NCBI GenBank assembly: GCA_030648615.1
Contig: JAUSHJ010000045.1
Location: 25,071 to 89,070, forward strand
Length of the DNA: 64,000 nucleotides
Reading direction: 5' to 3'
DNA from: Candidatus Micrarchaeota archaeon
GTDB taxonomy: Archaea; Micrarchaeota; Micrarchaeia; Anstonellales; Bilamarchaeaceae
Shown here: positions 61,596 through 64,000 of the stretch, piece after piece
How positions within the stretch are numbered: position 1 is the stretch's first letter
How the letters are laid out: each line of letters opens with the position of its first letter
Notes under the pieces: model-generated
The model's database searches: none
Seen by the model: the letters and a program-made list of their open reading frames with translations, nothing else
Told to the model about the DNA's origin: nothing
Position numbers and translations under genes: made by a program

Positions 61596-62792
61596 ATGAA
61601 AAAAGCAATTTTATTCATTATAGATGGACTAGGAGATCTTCCGCATCCTGAAACTGGTAAAACACCGTTGCAGACTGCAAGACTTTTGAATTTTGAGAGA
61701 ATGGCAAAAGAAGGTTCCACTGGATTAATGAGTACTATTTCTAACGGAGTAGTGCCAGGCAGCGATGTTTCACATCTTCAGATACTTGGTTACGACCCTA
61801 AAGAATTTTATCCTGGACGTGGACCGTTGGAAGCCTATGGAGCTAACATGGAATTAAAGAAAGGGGATGTTGCATTCCGAGCAAACTTCGCAACACTTAC
61901 TGGTGGAAAAATCACTGATAGACGCGCAGGAAGGATAGATAGCGCAAGTGCAAAAAAACTTGAAAGCACCATCAACATGAAAATAGATGGTGTGCAATTT
62001 ATTTTCAAAGCAACAACAGAACATCGCGGTGCATTAGTAATGCGAGGAAAAGGACTTTCTGCAAACATTACGGATAGCGATCCACACCACGATAACGAAA
62101 CACCTATTTGTAAATCATTAGATAAAAAATCTGCAAAAACTGCAAAACTAATCAACAAATTTACTTCTGAAGTATATAAGAAACTAAATAATCATGAAGT
62201 CAATAAAGGAAGAGAGAAACCAGCCAATGTAATTCTCCTTAGAAGTGCTGGAATTGCAATGCAAGTTCCAAAGTTTCAGGAACAGTTCAAATTAACCGCA
62301 GCGTGTATCGCAGGTGGTGCACTCTACAAAGGAATTGCGAAATACCTGAGCATAGACGTAATTGAAGTAGATGGTGCTACCGGAGATAAAAACACTAGCC
62401 TTACTGCAAAAGGTAACGCAGCAGTAACTGTACTCAAAAACCATGATTTTGTATTTCTACATGTAAAAGCGTGCGACAGCTTCGGACACGATGGAGATTT
62501 CGAAGGCAAAACAAATATGCTGAAAAGAATTGATGCTGAATTACTTCCAATTCTACGTGAGAGCGGGGCAGCAATAATAATTACAGGAGATCATTCAACG
62601 CCGTGCATAAGAAAAGCACATTCTGGCCATGAAGTACCAATTCTAATCTGGGCTAAGGGGGAGAGGGTAGATGGTGGAACTACTTTCGATGAAATTGCAT
62701 GTATGAAAGGTGGCATAGGGCATATTAGGGGAAAAAATGTGATGCCACTAATTTTGGATATAATTGAAAAAGCAGAAAAATACGGAAGTTAA
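61596..62792 (+). CDS. apgM: 2,3-bisphosphoglycerate-independent phosphoglycerate mutase (archaeal)
   Basis: IIDGLGD, PGSDVSHL, GRGPLEA, DSFGHDG, TGDHSTP. Confidence 0.95.
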   Translation: MKKAILFIIDGLGDLPHPETGKTPLQTARLLNFERMAKEGSTGLMSTISNGVVPGSDVSHLQILGYDPKEFYPGRGPLEAYGANMELKKGDVAFRANFATLTGGKITDRRAGRIDSASAKKLESTINMKIDGVQFIFKATTEHRGALVMRGKGLSANITDSDPHHDNETPICKSLDKKSAKTAKLINKFTSEVYKKLNNHEVNKGREKPANVILLRSAGIAMQVPKFQEQFKLTAACIAGGALYKGIAKYLSIDVIEVDGATGDKNTSLTAKGNAAVTVLKNHDFVFLHVKACDSFGHDGDFEGKTNMLKRIDAELLPILRESGAAIIITGDHSTPCIRKAHSGHEVPILIWAKGERVDGGTTFDEIACMKGGIGHIRGKNVMPLILDIIEKAEKYGS

Positions 62793-62809
62793 CTAATTAT
62801 TAAAAATGC

Positions 62810-62866
62810 TTGGAAAGAAAACGATAAAAATAAAGAAAAAAAGGGAAAAAAATAAAAAAACGAGAG
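62810..62866 (-). terminator. Oligo-T terminator-like tract
   Basis: Long T runs on the minus strand immediately after the pilin stop, convergent with apgM. Confidence 0.5.
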
Positions 62867-62868
62867 AA

Positions 62869-63498
62869 TTACTTCTCCCTGACTGAACCAGTTATGGCTG
62901 CACTTGCTTGTCTCCATACACTTTGATCAACATCGTTGTCAAAATTGTACCAAACCACAAATTGGCCTCGGAAATCTCCACCCACTGCAATTGAAACAGG
63001 AGTTGATGGAGTACCTGGTTTAGAAATACAATCAACAGTTGGAGAATCGGAACCAGTCAAAAATTTGACGCTTCCACCTGCAGGTACATTTAAGTCAGAT
63101 ACGAATTTTGTTCCCCAATTCCTTTTTACATCTCCAATAGCTGCATTAGTACAAAGAACCTGATGTACTTTAACATTCTGGCCTTGTTGATTAAACATTT
63201 GAATGGAAACTTTAACTACTCCGCCTTCATTGAATATCGTTGGCTTAGTGTCACCACAGCTCAAACCCGGTTGTGAGAACAAGCAGTTTTCAGGTGGCTT
63301 AAAGAATTGTCCAGATAGGAACCACAATGCGGCCAATACAATTACTATGACTAAGATTGCCCAACCATAGGTCATGAGGTATTCCATCGCCGCCTGTCCT
63401 TTCAGGTGGCGAGCTTTGAACGAATTGTCGTTCAAACTAATGGCAGCTTGCCCGCGCAAAGAATTGTTTTTCTTTATTTTATTACTATACATACACAA
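62869..63498 (-). CDS. Type IV pilin-like protein with class III signal peptide
   Basis: KGQAAMEYLMTYGWAILVIVIVLAALW; start could be 63492. Confidence 0.88.
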   Translation of the reverse strand: MCMYSNKIKKNNSLRGQAAISLNDNSFKARHLKGQAAMEYLMTYGWAILVIVIVLAALWFLSGQFFKPPENCLFSQPGLSCGDTKPTIFNEGGVVKVSIQMFNQQGQNVKVHQVLCTNAAIGDVKRNWGTKFVSDLNVPAGGSVKFLTGSDSPTVDCISKPGTPSTPVSIAVGGDFRGQFVVWYNFDNDVDQSVWRQASAAITGSVREK

Positions 63499-63508
63499 AT
63501 CACCTACA

Positions 63509-64000
63509 CTAAGTTAATGAAAAGAAAAATGCTGCAAAGAAAGCATTCACCAGGAAATAAACTACATATGCTATGCTACAAACAAACGGGAAATATTTAA
63601 GTCCTTCATTCCTTGAACCAGTTTTGATAACACCAACTATAAATGATGAAAATAGAGAAGTGAGGAATATGATTGCAAGACTAAAGTAGAAAAATTCTCC
63701 AGAAGTTATTATAGGTGTTTGTAACCCAACAGTAGAAATACTTCCGAAAACACCAGTATTAACAGAAGAAACACTTGGTATTGCCAATCTATACTTTTCA
63801 AATACTTCTACGAGCTTTCCGGCAACTGCAAATAGGAATGGCGTACCGAAAGTACTTGCAAATAGAATGAATATCTCATATAAAATAAGTGATGATGCCA
63901 CTTCCTTTTTTGTTATTCCTGTTGAACGTACATCTTCAGAAGTACGAGTAAGTACAGCTGCAATTTCACCACCTGAGGCAGAGGATTGTTTTATCAATGC
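63509..64000 (-). CDS. Type II secretion F/PilC-TadC family membrane platform protein (3' part)
   Basis: SGGEIAAVL...Y.IFILFAS..GTPFLF...GVIKTG....GLKY; adjacent to pilin. Confidence 0.8.
   Translation of the reverse strand, partial: ALIKQSSASGGEIAAVLTRTSEDVRSTGITKKEVASSLILYEIFILFASTFGTPFLFAVAGKLVEVFEKYRLAIPSVSSVNTGVFGSISTVGLQTPIITSGEFFYFSLAIIFLTSLFSSFIVGVIKTGSRNEGLKYFPFVCSIAYVVYFLVNAFFAAFFFSLT

Noticed and set aside
59471-61720. Long N-terminal extension or intein in MCM
   Set aside because: The extension is antisense to apgM; from MEKLDL the protein has normal length with contiguous motifs.

Overview
AT-rich archaeal chromosomal segment, most consistent with a DPANN lineage (Micrarchaeota-like; inferred from protein style, split RpoB/RpoA, GGTGA Shine-Dalgarno motifs). 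The first 20 kb is the RNA polymerase-L30e-NusA block joined directly to the L3-L14 ribosomal protein block on the minus strand, with lineage-specific orphan genes inserted at most polymerase gene junctions. The rest holds housekeeping genes (guaA-A, ogg, tyrS, ilvE, ABCE1, alba, RNA ligase Rnl3, HARP, leuS, trm5, presenilin, MCM, apgM), a GNAT toxin-antitoxin pair, six tandem CedA/VirB6-like membrane genes and a type IV pilin/PilC end. The most unusual signal is a dispersed family of intergenic tandem-hairpin elements: constant (A/C)TTGT...ACAA(T/G) stem bases, fully covarying inner stems, single bulged bases, and an apparent nested site-specific insertion. Three genes have C-terminal segments resembling DGR variable regions. 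I saw no rRNA, tRNA, CRISPR array, transposase, integrase or reverse transcriptase. All calls are by eye with no database searches.
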